Below are positions 8,417 through 19,629 of a stretch of 37,796 bases of DNA, in pieces. The DNA is taken from the NCBI GenBank assembly GCA_043744615.1, contig JAYTUJ010000005.1, forward strand, positions 1 to 37,796, given 5' to 3'. The notes under the pieces are model-generated. The model saw only the letters and a program-made list of their open reading frames with translations. It made no database searches and was not told where the DNA came from. The position numbers were made by a program, and so were the translations under genes. How positions within the stretch are numbered: the stretch's first letter is position 1; each line of letters begins with the position of its first letter. The stretch is from a bacterium (lineage in GTDB: Bacteria; Patescibacteriota; Minisyncoccia; Phycocordibacterales; CAIRYW01).

Positions 8417-10720
8417 TTATGAATTATGTGCAACTAAAGGAATATTTTTCAAAATTTCTTCATTTACAGAAACTTCCATTTCTTTAAAGAGTCGAAGGCC
8501 TTCTTTTTTGTATTCAACCAAAGGGTCGCGTTGTCCATATGCACGAAGATTAACACTTGATCGAAGGTAATCCATCATTTCAAGATGATCCATCCAAAAG
8601 ACATCGATTGCTTGTAAAATAACAGGTCGGATCATCTGCAAAAACTTTTCTTCTTCAAACTTTGCTTTCTTTTCTTCGATTAATTTTTGTTCATCTTCAG
8701 TCGCTTGAGCAATAATCTTTTCAAAAACTTGTTTGATGTCGTCAGTACTTCCTACTAATACTTTTCGTCTTCGTTCGTATACAATTTTTCGTTGATAGTT
8801 TAATACATCATCATATTCAAGTGTGTGTTTTCGAGAATCAAAATGAAACCCTTCAATTTTCTTTTGTGCAGTTTCAAGAGACCGAGTAACTAAAGAGTTT
8901 TGTATCGATTCATCTTCGGGCAAACCAAGTTTGCCCATCATTCTTTTTACAATATCAGAAGCAAATACACGCATCAGACTATCTTCCATCGAAACATAAA
9001 ATTGAGTTTCTCCTGGATCGCCTTGTCGTCCTGATCGTCCTCGAAGTTGGTTGTCGATTCGTCGTGCTTCGTGTCGTTCGGTTCCAATAACAAGCAAGCC
9101 TCCTAGTGATTTTATTTCTTCATATATTTCGGGTGTATTTGGTACTCCTCCCAATTTAATATCTACTCCTCGTCCTGCCATGTTTGTTGCAATTGTTACT
9201 GCACCCTTTTTTCCGGCTTGTGCAATAATTTCACCTTCTCGTTCATGATTTTTTGCATTCAATACTTGGTGAGGTACTCCTTCTTTATTAAGGTATGCAG
9301 ACAAAAGTTCGTTTCGTTCAATAGAAACAGTACCAATCAAAATCGGCTGACCTTTTTTGTGTAATTCTTTTACCGTACGAGCCAGTGCAATAAATTTTCC
9401 TTTTTCAGTTTGAAAAATTAAATCGTTTGAGTCTTTTCGAGAAATATTTCTATTTGTTGGAACAACAATCGTATCAAGCCCGTATACTTTATAAAATTCT
9501 TCTCCACTTGTTTTTCCAGTCCCCGTCATTCCACCTAATTTTTTATACAGTCTAAAATAATTTTGAAATGTAATCGAAGCATACGTTCGTGATTCTTGCT
9601 GAACCTTCATTCCCTCTTTTGCTTCAACAGCTTGATGTAGCCCTTCTGACCATCGTCGTCCTGGTTGCATTCGTCCGGTAAATTCATCGACAATAATAAC
9701 TTCTCCGTCTTTTACAACATATTCTTTGTCTTTTTGAAACAAAGCTTTTGCTTTTACGGCAGTTTCAAGATGATGAACAAATTTAATTCCACCTTCGGTA
9801 TAGATATTTTCTACACCAAGAGATTTTTCAGCTTTATCAATACCGCTATCTGTCATTGCAATAGAGCGAAACTTTTCGTCCATTGTAAAATCAACATCTT
9901 GTACAAATGTATCTGCAATCTTTGCAAATTTTGCGTACAGATCTTCTGAATCTTTTGTTGGTGAAGAAATAATAAGCGGAGTTCGTGCTTCATCAATTAA
10001 AATAGAGTCTATTTCATCAACGATTGCAAAATGATGTTCGCGTTGTCTTAAATTATTTTGATCATATTCAATATTGTCTCGAAGATAATCAAAACCAAAT
10101 TCATTATTTGTTCCGTATGTTATATCTGCAACATAGGATTCTTTTCGAGTACATGGACGAAGAAAATCATATACAACTTTAAAAGAACCAACATCATCAC
10201 GTTCTTTGTCTTTTTCAACATGCGCAGGATCATACAAATATGATGCTTGCTGATTTATAATACCGACACTTAAACCAAGGAAAGAAAAAATTTGTCCCAT
10301 CCAGACTGCGTCTCGACGTGAAAGATAATCATTGACTGTAACAAGGTGTACCCCTTTACCACTTAATGCATTTAAATATAAAGGTAATGTTGCTACGAGA
10401 GTCTTACCTTCTCCGGTACGCATTTCGGCAATACTATTATTATGAAGAATCATTCCTCCGATTAACTGAACATCGTAATGTCGTTGCCCTAGAGTTCGGC
10501 GCGAAGCTTCTCGCACAACGGCAAATGCTTCGTGCAGTATATTATCTACTGTTTTTCCAGCTTGTAATTGCTTTTTAAAATACTCAGTTTTTGCGGCAAG
10601 TTCAACATCTGAAAGCTTTAATAGTTCAGGTTCGTATGCATTTATTTTTGCAACGTCTTTTTTAAGTTTTGTGACTGTTCGGGCATCTCGGCTTCCGAAG
10701 ATTGTTTGTAGTAATGGCAT
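8417..10720 (-). CDS. secA: Preprotein translocase ATPase SecA (short form, no C-terminal zinc-binding tail)
   Basis: About 767 aa. Contains ...AEMRTGEGKTLVATLP... (Walker A), DEIDSILIDEARTPLIIS (DEAD-like) and ...GRSGRQGDPGETQFY... The first ATG is at 10720; the track start at 10726 is TTG. Confidence 0.97.
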   Translation of the reverse strand: MPLLQTIFGSRDARTVTKLKKDVAKINAYEPELLKLSDVELAAKTEYFKKQLQAGKTVDNILHEAFAVVREASRRTLGQRHYDVQLIGGMILHNNSIAEMRTGEGKTLVATLPLYLNALSGKGVHLVTVNDYLSRRDAVWMGQIFSFLGLSVGIINQQASYLYDPAHVEKDKERDDVGSFKVVYDFLRPCTRKESYVADITYGTNNEFGFDYLRDNIEYDQNNLRQREHHFAIVDEIDSILIDEARTPLIISSPTKDSEDLYAKFAKIADTFVQDVDFTMDEKFRSIAMTDSGIDKAEKSLGVENIYTEGGIKFVHHLETAVKAKALFQKDKEYVVKDGEVIIVDEFTGRMQPGRRWSEGLHQAVEAKEGMKVQQESRTYASITFQNYFRLYKKLGGMTGTGKTSGEEFYKVYGLDTIVVPTNRNISRKDSNDLIFQTEKGKFIALARTVKELHKKGQPILIGTVSIERNELLSAYLNKEGVPHQVLNAKNHEREGEIIAQAGKKGAVTIATNMAGRGVDIKLGGVPNTPEIYEEIKSLGGLLVIGTERHEARRIDNQLRGRSGRQGDPGETQFYVSMEDSLMRVFASDIVKRMMGKLGLPEDESIQNSLVTRSLETAQKKIEGFHFDSRKHTLEYDDVLNYQRKIVYERRRKVLVGSTDDIKQVFEKIIAQATEDEQKLIEEKKAKFEEEKFLQMIRPVILQAIDVFWMDHLEMMDYLRSSVNLRAYGQRDPLVEYKKEGLRLFKEMEVSVNEEILKNIPLVAHNS

Positions 10721-10742
10721 GCACAAATAGTAACATAAAAAT

Positions 10743-10769
10743 AAAATCCCCTCTACTTGAGGGGATTTT
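10743..10769 (-). terminator. Rho-independent terminator hairpin
   Basis: AAAATCCCCTC / loop TACTT / GAGGGGATTTT gives a perfect 11-bp stem. On the minus strand it is followed by TTTTATTTTTAT. It lies 6 nt after the stop of the 10776-10883 gene and 22 nt before the secA ATG. Confidence 0.75.
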
Positions 10770-10775
10770 ATTAGA

Positions 10776-10883
10776 CTATCGTTTTTTTGTAGTCTTCTTT
10801 GCTTTTTTTGCAGGAGCCTTTTTTGCTTTTGCTTTTTTAGCTGGAGCTTTTTTAGCTTTTACTGCTTTCTTTTTTGCTGGCAT
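10776..10883 (-). CDS. 35-aa lysine/alanine-rich basic protein (histone H1/Hc1-tail-like)
   Basis: Below the ORF-track size cutoff. ATG..TAG reads MPAKKKAVKAKKAPAKKAKAKKAPAKKAKKTTKKR. It has its own promoter-like elements and a strong terminator. The 66-aa plus-strand ORF 10702-10902 is its Phe/Ala-rich shadow. Confidence 0.5.
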   Translation of the reverse strand: MPAKKKAVKAKKAPAKKAKAKKAPAKKAKKTTKKR

Positions 10884-10935
10884 TGAGATGATGCTTAGCT
10901 AGTAATTGCGACATGCTATGCATGCGCTTAATACA

Positions 10936-10964
10936 ATTATCATCTACATTTGATTTACATACAA
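10936..10964 (-). promoter_or_regulatory. Sigma70-like promoter candidate for the Lys/Ala-rich gene
   Basis: On the minus strand: TTGTAT (10964-10959), 17-nt spacer, GATAAT (10941-10936). Confidence 0.4.
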
Positions 10965-10982
10965 TATTTTTTTCAAAAAAAA

Positions 10983-10993
10983 TGTGGATAACT
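10983..10993 (-). promoter_or_regulatory. AGTTATCCACA motif, copy 1 (contains the DnaA-box consensus TTATCCACA)
   Basis: The plus strand reads tgtggataact. It sits just upstream of -35-like TTG elements in an AT-rich intergenic region. An identical 11-mer lies at 21576-21586. Confidence 0.35.
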
Positions 10994-11063
10994 AAAAAAA
11001 AATTATTTGAAAAATATTTTTTTATTTTTGAAAAATAAATTTTAAAAAAGTTTTTTATAAAAA

Positions 11064-12161
11064 TTATTCTAATGTACGGACTTCGCGTTCAAGTTTTATA
11101 TTTGTTTTCTCAAAAACTTTTTTTATAATTAATTCTACAAATTCATCAACGTCTTTTTTTGTTGCAAGATTTTTTTCTGACATATAATTAACAATCACGA
11201 GCGGTTGCATTTCATACGCACCAATATTTCCAACTCGAAATCCTTTTAATGAACAAACATGGTCAAGAATCCATGCAGTAGAAACTTTTACCATACCAAT
11301 TGTTTGTTGAGGGTATCCTGGAATATCAGAATATATCTTTTTTAATTCATCAAAATGAGCCTGTGTAATAACAGGATTTTTAAAAAACGATCCTGCTGTG
11401 CCATATATAGTTAAATCAGGAAACTTCTTTGCGCGTATACTCACAATAGCCTCTCTGACATCGTGTAACGTAGGCTGTGTAATTTGTTTATCTAAAAAGT
11501 ATTGCGCAACATCTTTATAATCGGTTTTTAATACACCATCTTTTTGTAAAACAAATTCAACAGCAACAATAATATATTTGCTTCCTTCATTTGTTTTAAA
11601 AAAACTTTCACGGTACTCAAATAAACATTCGTCGTGTGTAAATATTTTTTCTTCAAGAGTCTCTGCGTTAATAGTATGTACTGCAAAAATAGTTGTTTGA
11701 ATCTCGGTGCCGTATGCACCAATGTTTTGAACAGGTCCTCCACCAACAGTTCCTGGAATCGCAGAAAGATTTTCGAGACCAAATAAATTTTGCTCAACAC
11801 TTTGTGCGACAAACGAATCCCATTGTTCACCAGCAGCAACCAAAACTTTTACAGAATTATTATTTTTATCTTTATTTTCATCGTCCCACGCAATTCCTTG
11901 TATAGAAATTTTTATCACTAATCCATCAAAGCCATCGTCCGAAGCAAGAATATTTGAACCTCCGCCAATCACTCGAAAAGAAATACTTTTTTCTTTTGAA
12001 AATTTGAGTGCTTGTTTTAATTCTTGAACAGAAAATACCTCAACAAAAAACTTGGCGTACCCACCAATTTTAAATGTTGTATATAAAGACAAAGATACAT
12101 TAGACTGTATCTGTAAGTCTTTTATTTGAATGTCTTTCTTCGCTTCTGTTGACCCTTCCAT
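11064..12161 (-). CDS. murB: UDP-N-acetylenolpyruvoylglucosamine reductase
   Basis: 365 aa. FAD-binding domain (...TTFKIGGYAKFFVE..., GGGSNIL) plus a MurB C-terminal domain. Confidence 0.9.
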   Translation of the reverse strand: MEGSTEAKKDIQIKDLQIQSNVSLSLYTTFKIGGYAKFFVEVFSVQELKQALKFSKEKSISFRVIGGGSNILASDDGFDGLVIKISIQGIAWDDENKDKNNNSVKVLVAAGEQWDSFVAQSVEQNLFGLENLSAIPGTVGGGPVQNIGAYGTEIQTTIFAVHTINAETLEEKIFTHDECLFEYRESFFKTNEGSKYIIVAVEFVLQKDGVLKTDYKDVAQYFLDKQITQPTLHDVREAIVSIRAKKFPDLTIYGTAGSFFKNPVITQAHFDELKKIYSDIPGYPQQTIGMVKVSTAWILDHVCSLKGFRVGNIGAYEMQPLVIVNYMSEKNLATKKDVDEFVELIIKKVFEKTNIKLEREVRTLE

Positions 12162-12195
12162 AATCAGCTAATGTTAAATTAAGATTAAACAAAAA

Positions 12196-12921
12196 TTAAA
12201 TTAGATAAAATTCTTTAAACACTTCTTCATATAAACCAATAACGCGAACCGCCTCACGTTTGGTCATTTTAAAATCAGAACCTTCGTGCGCAATTGCGTT
12301 TCGAATACGGTGTGCTTGCCACGCTGAGTCAATCGATTTAAATTCACTTCGATTAACTTCTTTTAATCGTTCACCCATTGTTTCACCTTCGTAGCCAATC
12401 TTTTTGAGCATGTCGTCTAAAAGTGCGTCTGCTTCAATAATCGCAAGTCGCCAATCATTTGTATTTTCAGAATCAATAAGACCAAGAATATTTTTCCATT
12501 TTTGATTTGTTTTTTGAGCCAACGACTGAGCAGTTTTTGAAATAGGATGTTCACCATGAGAAACTTTAACAGTGTCAACGGCATGAGAATCATGTGTGTG
12601 CGAATCATGTCCACCTGCATGAGCTTCATCACCATGACTATGGCCGTGTCCATGATGAGAAAACTGTTTCATTTTTTGATGAATAAATACTAAACCAAAT
12701 ATAAATACAAGTGAAGAAAATATCGCAAGAAACTGAAGACCTTTTAAAATATCAAAAAAAGTACTGATCCAATTTGTAAAATCTGGATGAATATTAAGAG
12801 CATTACCAAAAAACCACATTATTCCTTGAATAATAAGAATACCGAGCAATGCCCAAAATATTACGTCGATATGAAACGGGTTTCCTCCACCACCCTCATC
12901 TGCATGTTCTGCATCAGCCAT
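12196..12921 (-). CDS. Membrane protein with His-rich linker and a C-terminal DUF4145/HEPN-like domain
   Basis: 241 aa with two predicted TM segments. Linker HHGHGHSHGDEAHAGGHDSHTHDSH. The C-terminus ...DWRLAIIEADALLDDMLKK...AWQAHRIRNAIAHEG contains an Rx4H motif. Confidence 0.5.
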   Translation of the reverse strand: MADAEHADEGGGGNPFHIDVIFWALLGILIIQGIMWFFGNALNIHPDFTNWISTFFDILKGLQFLAIFSSLVFIFGLVFIHQKMKQFSHHGHGHSHGDEAHAGGHDSHTHDSHAVDTVKVSHGEHPISKTAQSLAQKTNQKWKNILGLIDSENTNDWRLAIIEADALLDDMLKKIGYEGETMGERLKEVNRSEFKSIDSAWQAHRIRNAIAHEGSDFKMTKREAVRVIGLYEEVFKEFYLI

Positions 12922-12928
12922 ATGTTAA

Positions 12929-14365
12929 TTATAGTACAGTTCCTTCAAATTTTTTACCAATTTCAAAAAGAACATCTTCGTTGCCGTGTGCAGCCATAAA
13001 CTGAATACCGATTGGTAATTTGAGTAATTTGAGTAATTTTTTGTCTTCTCGTTCAACAAAACCTGACGGAATAGCAATCCCTGGAATACCAACAAGATTA
13101 GCAGTTACGGTAAATATATCCTCAAGATACATTGCGATTGGATCATTTGATTTTTCACCGAACTTAAATGCTGGTGATGGTGATGCAGGAGTTAAAATTA
13201 CATCAACTTCTGTAAACGCTTTTTTAAAATCTTGTGCAATTAATTCTTTTACCGCAAGAGCTTTTTTGTAATAATCGTCGGCATATCCTGCTGATAATAC
13301 ATACGTTCCGAGCAAAATTCTTTTTCGAACTTCTTTTCCAAGCAACTGGGCTCGAGTTTTTGTATAATCTTCAAGCAAATCTTTTCCCTCAATTTTATTT
13401 CCGAATTTTACCCCATCAAATCGAGCCATGTTTGAAGAAACTTCTGCTGGCATAATTACATAATATACCGCAAGTGAGTATCCGATATTTGGAAGAGAAA
13501 TATCTATAATTTCATATCCAAGTGATTTTAATGAGTCTATACTTTTATTAAAATTAGAAAGAATGTCGGCATCGATTCCCCCTTGATTAACAAAAGAAAA
13601 TGGAACTCCGATTTTTTTAGGAGAAACTTTTTTAGTTTCGACATCAATCGAAGTACTGTCGAAAATATCTTTTCCTTTTATTGCATCGAAAATAATTTGT
13701 GCATCAGAAACATTTTTTGTAATCGGACCAATCACATCAAGTGAAGATCCCATTGCCATTAAGCCGTGTCGAGAAACACTTCCGTATGTTGGTTTTAATC
13801 CAACAACTCCGCACAATGCTGCCGGCTGCCTAATTGACCCTCCTGTATCAGAACCAAGCGCAACCAAAGCGCCGTTCATTGCAACTGATGCTGCAGAACC
13901 ACCTGACGAACCCCCCGGAACCCGCGATGTATCGTGTGGATTTTTTGTTGTGCCGTATGCAGAAGTTTCAGTTGAGCTTCCCATGGCAAATTCATCCATA
14001 TTCACCCGTCCCAAAAACACGACATGTTGTGCTTTTAATTTTGTAACGACTGTTGAATCGTATGTTCCTACATATTGTTCAAGAATTTTTGAACCCGCAC
14101 TTGAGTGTTTTGATTTTATTAAAATATTATCTTTAAGTGCAATTGGAATTCCGGTTAGAATTGTTGCGTTACCCGCATCAATAATTTTTTGAGCTTCATC
14201 GGCTTGCTCCATCACATCATCATATATTTCAAGATAGGCATTGATCTGTGGATTTTTTTCAGAAATAATATCAAGATATGTTTGAGCAAGTTCCCGCACA
14301 GTGATTTCTTTTTTCACCAGCATGTCATGAGCTTTTTGTATTGTTAAATTTGAAACGTCTATCAT
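12929..14365 (-). CDS. gatA: Glu-tRNA(Gln)/Asp-tRNA(Asn) amidotransferase subunit A
   Basis: 478 aa. Amidase signature ...GGSSGGSAASVA... and GSDTGGSIRQPAA. Confidence 0.95.
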   Translation of the reverse strand: MIDVSNLTIQKAHDMLVKKEITVRELAQTYLDIISEKNPQINAYLEIYDDVMEQADEAQKIIDAGNATILTGIPIALKDNILIKSKHSSAGSKILEQYVGTYDSTVVTKLKAQHVVFLGRVNMDEFAMGSSTETSAYGTTKNPHDTSRVPGGSSGGSAASVAMNGALVALGSDTGGSIRQPAALCGVVGLKPTYGSVSRHGLMAMGSSLDVIGPITKNVSDAQIIFDAIKGKDIFDSTSIDVETKKVSPKKIGVPFSFVNQGGIDADILSNFNKSIDSLKSLGYEIIDISLPNIGYSLAVYYVIMPAEVSSNMARFDGVKFGNKIEGKDLLEDYTKTRAQLLGKEVRKRILLGTYVLSAGYADDYYKKALAVKELIAQDFKKAFTEVDVILTPASPSPAFKFGEKSNDPIAMYLEDIFTVTANLVGIPGIAIPSGFVEREDKKLLKLLKLPIGIQFMAAHGNEDVLFEIGKKFEGTVL

Positions 14366-14386
14366 AAAATTAAATGGTGTTGATTT

Positions 14387-14680
14387 TTATTGTGATTGTC
14401 CTCCGAGAATCTTTTTTACTTTCACATATTGCCCTTCTCGTGCGGGTGCAGCATTTAAAACAGTTTCGGTATTACTGCCTGTTTCGTTTATATAAGTATC
14501 GTCTCGCATAACATTAACCAGTGAATACTCGGGCGAAGCAATATCTGCAGAAGCAGTTTTGATTTGATCTATATAACCTAAAATAGAAGCCATTTCTTTG
14601 CTCAATGACTCAGCTTCAGAATCGCTAATTGCGATTCGTGAAAGCTCTGCTAATTTTTTTACTTGTGTGACGTCTATCAT
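14387..14680 (-). CDS. gatC: Amidotransferase subunit C
   Basis: 97 aa. VKKLAELSRIAISDSEAESLSKEMASILGYIDQI is typical of GatC, and the gene lies directly upstream of gatA. Confidence 0.88.
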   Translation of the reverse strand: MIDVTQVKKLAELSRIAISDSEAESLSKEMASILGYIDQIKTASADIASPEYSLVNVMRDDTYINETGSNTETVLNAAPAREGQYVKVKKILGGQSQ

Positions 14681-14690
14681 GCGAATACTT

Positions 14691-15134
14691 TTAACGATAT
14701 TGAATACGTCCGTTGAACATTGAATTCCATGACTCGAAAGGAAGACCAGTAAACATATCCGTGATCATTGTTAATATTAAAAGTGTTAAAAGAATTAAAA
14801 ATATTTTCTTAACTAAACTAAGATTTGATCTGTTTAATCTCTTATTCACCCGTATCATTACTAAAATAAATAATATTACAGAGATCCAAGCCAAAGGTGA
14901 TAAAATAAAAAGTATTAAATTTCTTGGTCCAAAAGGAACAAAAAGACCTATAAATAGTACAAAAAAATTAATAAGGCCTGACAATATAAAAGAGCTGGTT
15001 GATTTTAAAGATGGTGATGATAGTAAAGTTGAAGATAAAAATGTGTAAGTTATAGTAAGAGATATCCACCAAAACCAAATTGACGATATTAGTTGTTTGA
15101 TTTTAGGGCTTGGTACGTATTGATATGGTGGCAT
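14691..15134 (-). CDS. Hypothetical polytopic membrane protein
   Basis: 147 aa with about 4 hydrophobic segments. I recognise no family. Confidence 0.55.
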   Translation of the reverse strand: MPPYQYVPSPKIKQLISSIWFWWISLTITYTFLSSTLLSSPSLKSTSSFILSGLINFFVLFIGLFVPFGPRNLILFILSPLAWISVILFILVMIRVNKRLNRSNLSLVKKIFLILLTLLILTMITDMFTGLPFESWNSMFNGRIQYR

Positions 15135-15212
15135 TCTGTTTTATAAGATAAATTTTAAATGTATTGTAGATATATTATATCAGATTATACAAAGCACCTA
15201 AACTACTTATGC

Positions 15213-17285
<2,073 letters not shown>

Positions 17286-17312
17286 CTATTTTATCACAGG
17301 TAAAAAAGTCGG

Positions 17313-17771
17313 CTAGAAACTACTCAAAATAGCTCGTTCTGTTCGACGATTATCGTCAGAATCACAGGTGTTATAACCTCGAGATTGCACATATGTGCTT
17401 TCATCTGTTTTTTTTGTAACGGTTACACTCACACAAGGATCAGGTATTGTAAAAGAAGTTACGATACCGTCCGAAGTTACTTCTTCAGTCAAAGAAACTG
17501 GTTGCCCGTTACAATTTATAGTTTGCCCGTCAAGCATTGAGGCAGAAGATGTAGGAAAAACACTCGTGCCAAGATCACCATTAACATCATGTCTGTCCCA
17601 ATATTTTGCACATTCTTGGCCAGTGTCAGCAGCAAAAAAAGCAAATTGCGATTCACGGCCAGAAGAAGAAAGTAATAATTGTTTTAATGTTACCGACAAA
17701 ATAGCAATTCCAATCGAAAGAAGTAAACTTGATATCAGTACCGCAAACAAAAGTGTGAATCCTTTTTTCAT
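17313..17771 (-). CDS. PilX-like minor pilin / pseudopilin (no Glu5)
   Basis: 152 aa. MKKGFTLLFAVLISSLLLSIGIAIL is a pilin-like hydrophobic N-terminus lacking the conserved Glu. It is the last gene of the minor-pilin run. Confidence 0.55.
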   Translation of the reverse strand: MKKGFTLLFAVLISSLLLSIGIAILSVTLKQLLLSSSGRESQFAFFAADTGQECAKYWDRHDVNGDLGTSVFPTSSASMLDGQTINCNGQPVSLTEEVTSDGIVTSFTIPDPCVSVTVTKKTDESTYVQSRGYNTCDSDDNRRTERAILSSF

Positions 17772-17772
17772 A

Positions 17773-18387
17773 TTATTGTTGCCAATTAGTAATTACTTCT
17801 TTTAATGTAAAGTTTTTTGAAATTTGTCCCGTTGACCACCTAATTTTTGATTCAACAATTGCTTGATCAGCAGATAGTTTAGTAATAGTTACTTCACGAG
17901 TAAATCGTGAATTTACGGTCCCAACTAATGAATAGCTAAATATTCCTGCCGAAGAATCAAATTTTAATACGTCACATCCATCAGCAAGAGAACACGTTTT
18001 CACTGACCAATCATCAGCCCGACCATCTTGATCAGCAATAGGAGCAGAGTGACGAGCGTCTATTTCACATTTTTTAATTGTTGGATCTGTATCAGCTGGA
18101 TCGTTAATACAATCACTTAAACCAAATAACCAAGGTCTTTTGTCGGTATCTGAAAGCCCTTGGTTATACAACGTATTTGTATCTCGTACATATCGAACAA
18201 ATTCAATTCCTTCTTGAGCTAAATAAAAAGCAGTAACTTGATCACGAGCAAAAAAAGCAGAGTTTAAACCATTTGAAGCAATCGTCATCGGACCAACCAA
18301 TGCAGTCACTAAAATTGTAACCGCTATTAGTGTTTCAAGCAGAGTGAATCCTTTTTTCATATTTTTATTTTTTGAAAAGAATTTCAT
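17773..18387 (-). CDS. Type IV minor pilin (prepilin N-terminal cleavage/methylation domain)
   Basis: ...KKGFTLLETLIAVTILV... is a class III signal. An alternative start lies at the second Met (MKKGFT...). Confidence 0.75.
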   Translation of the reverse strand: MKFFSKNKNMKKGFTLLETLIAVTILVTALVGPMTIASNGLNSAFFARDQVTAFYLAQEGIEFVRYVRDTNTLYNQGLSDTDKRPWLFGLSDCINDPADTDPTIKKCEIDARHSAPIADQDGRADDWSVKTCSLADGCDVLKFDSSAGIFSYSLVGTVNSRFTREVTITKLSADQAIVESKIRWSTGQISKNFTLKEVITNWQQ

Positions 18388-18390
18388 ATA

Positions 18391-18969
18391 TTAAATATCA
18401 AGCTGTCTTTGAGTTACTAAAGTTTGTAAATTAAATTCTGATTTTGTTCGTGGATTAAGACCAGAATATCCTCGTAGAGTAATAAGAACTCGAGCCTGTT
18501 TTCCATCACCTACTCCTGCACCTGATACATAAAAATTTAGGTTGGTGATAATTACTTCAGGAGGAGTAATTTCTCCCACTCTATCAGAGTCTATATACTT
18601 TACAATTCTATTAGACACTAAAGCATACGAAACAGCTTTACCATTTTCTTGTGAAGAAATAAACGATATAGATTCATGTCCTGTTGTACAATCATTAGGT
18701 GAAGGATTGGGTCTAGCTCCAGTACAATCATACTTATATCCTGTTCGCAAATCTCGAACCATACTTTCAAATGCACCGTTTAAACTGGTTACTACCGAGT
18801 TAAGTGCATTGGCTTTTTTATTTGCTCCAACAATACTCAAAATTGCTCCAACTGCCATTGTCATTACTAATGCAAAAATGCTAACTGCAACAATAATTTC
18901 AATCAATGTAAAACCTTGTTGTTTTTTGTTTACTGTATTATTTATTTTTTTATATCCTGTTATATGCAT
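18391..18969 (-). CDS. Type IV minor pilin (PilW/GspJ-like)
   Basis: ...KKQQGFTLIEIIVAVSIFALV... The track start at 18984 is TTG. The first ATG at 18969 overlaps the upstream stop by 10 nt. Confidence 0.75.
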   Translation of the reverse strand: MHITGYKKINNTVNKKQQGFTLIEIIVAVSIFALVMTMAVGAILSIVGANKKANALNSVVTSLNGAFESMVRDLRTGYKYDCTGARPNPSPNDCTTGHESISFISSQENGKAVSYALVSNRIVKYIDSDRVGEITPPEVIITNLNFYVSGAGVGDGKQARVLITLRGYSGLNPRTKSEFNLQTLVTQRQLDI

Positions 18970-19604
18970 GGTGTCGTTTGACAAACTGAGATAAGACCAG
19001 TTCGTTCTACTTTTAACATTTTAGTTTTTTCTCCGTTTGCAGAAAGTATACTAATTGTAGCAGAAAAATATTTACTTGGGTTACCATTTATAGTAATTAT
19101 TGCGTCAGGACTTGGACGAACAAATGAAATATCGAGAGTATTAAGTCCTCCCCCATTTGAGTTTGAACAAATTGTTGTATTTGTGGTGTACGCACAAACA
19201 TCATTAATCGTGTAGCCGATTGGTAAAGCTTGTGTTTCACCATATTGTTCATCACCATCTGAGTTAGCATCGAAAACTCCTGATACATTTCGATCGGCAA
19301 ACCGAATAAAAAATCCTGGGATACTTGCATCAAAATGTACTCCGTATCCACTTTTAAAAGATTGACCTGTTGCACCTTCATCAAGTCGTGAACCAAGCCC
19401 ATATACTTGTGCTTCTCTAATTGCGAGTGATACATCATACGCAGTGTCAGTTACCAAAATATCACTACTAAATTTAGATTGTTTTACAAGTGCGACTGTT
19501 GTGATAATCAAAAAGATTGCGAGTACGACAATAAGTTCAATAAGACTAAAACCTTTTTGAAGATTATTTTTTTTATAGTTTTTTTGAGAAAAAAAGATGT
19601 TCAT
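18960..19604 (-). CDS. Type IV minor pilin (FimT/GspH-like)
   Basis: MNIFFSQKNYKKNNLQKGFSLIELIVVLAIFLI. The track ORF extends into pilD, so I prefer the ATG at 19604. An alternative ATG is at 19628, 1 nt after the pilD stop. Confidence 0.7.
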   Translation of the reverse strand: MNIFFSQKNYKKNNLQKGFSLIELIVVLAIFLIITTVALVKQSKFSSDILVTDTAYDVSLAIREAQVYGLGSRLDEGATGQSFKSGYGVHFDASIPGFFIRFADRNVSGVFDANSDGDEQYGETQALPIGYTINDVCAYTTNTTICSNSNGGGLNTLDISFVRPSPDAIITINGNPSKYFSATISILSANGEKTKMLKVERTGLISVCQTTPCI

Positions 19605-19629
19605 ATTAGTTTTTTGAATTATATGCATA

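Noticed and set aside
10702-10902. 66-aa plus-strand ORF (Phe/Ala-rich, FFAFFAGAFFAFAFLAG...)
   Set aside because: It is the antisense shadow of the Lys/Ala-rich minus-strand gene (AAA/GCA codons read backwards). It overlaps the secA start and the terminator hairpin.
10903-11063. AT-rich 160-bp spacer with a perfect DnaA box, plus the strand switch at 28896-28941, considered as a replication origin
   Set aside because: There is only one box per site, no cluster of boxes, no obvious DUE repeat array and no dnaA/dnaN nearby. The pilM/comF spacer is just 46 bp. A promoter-associated motif fits better.
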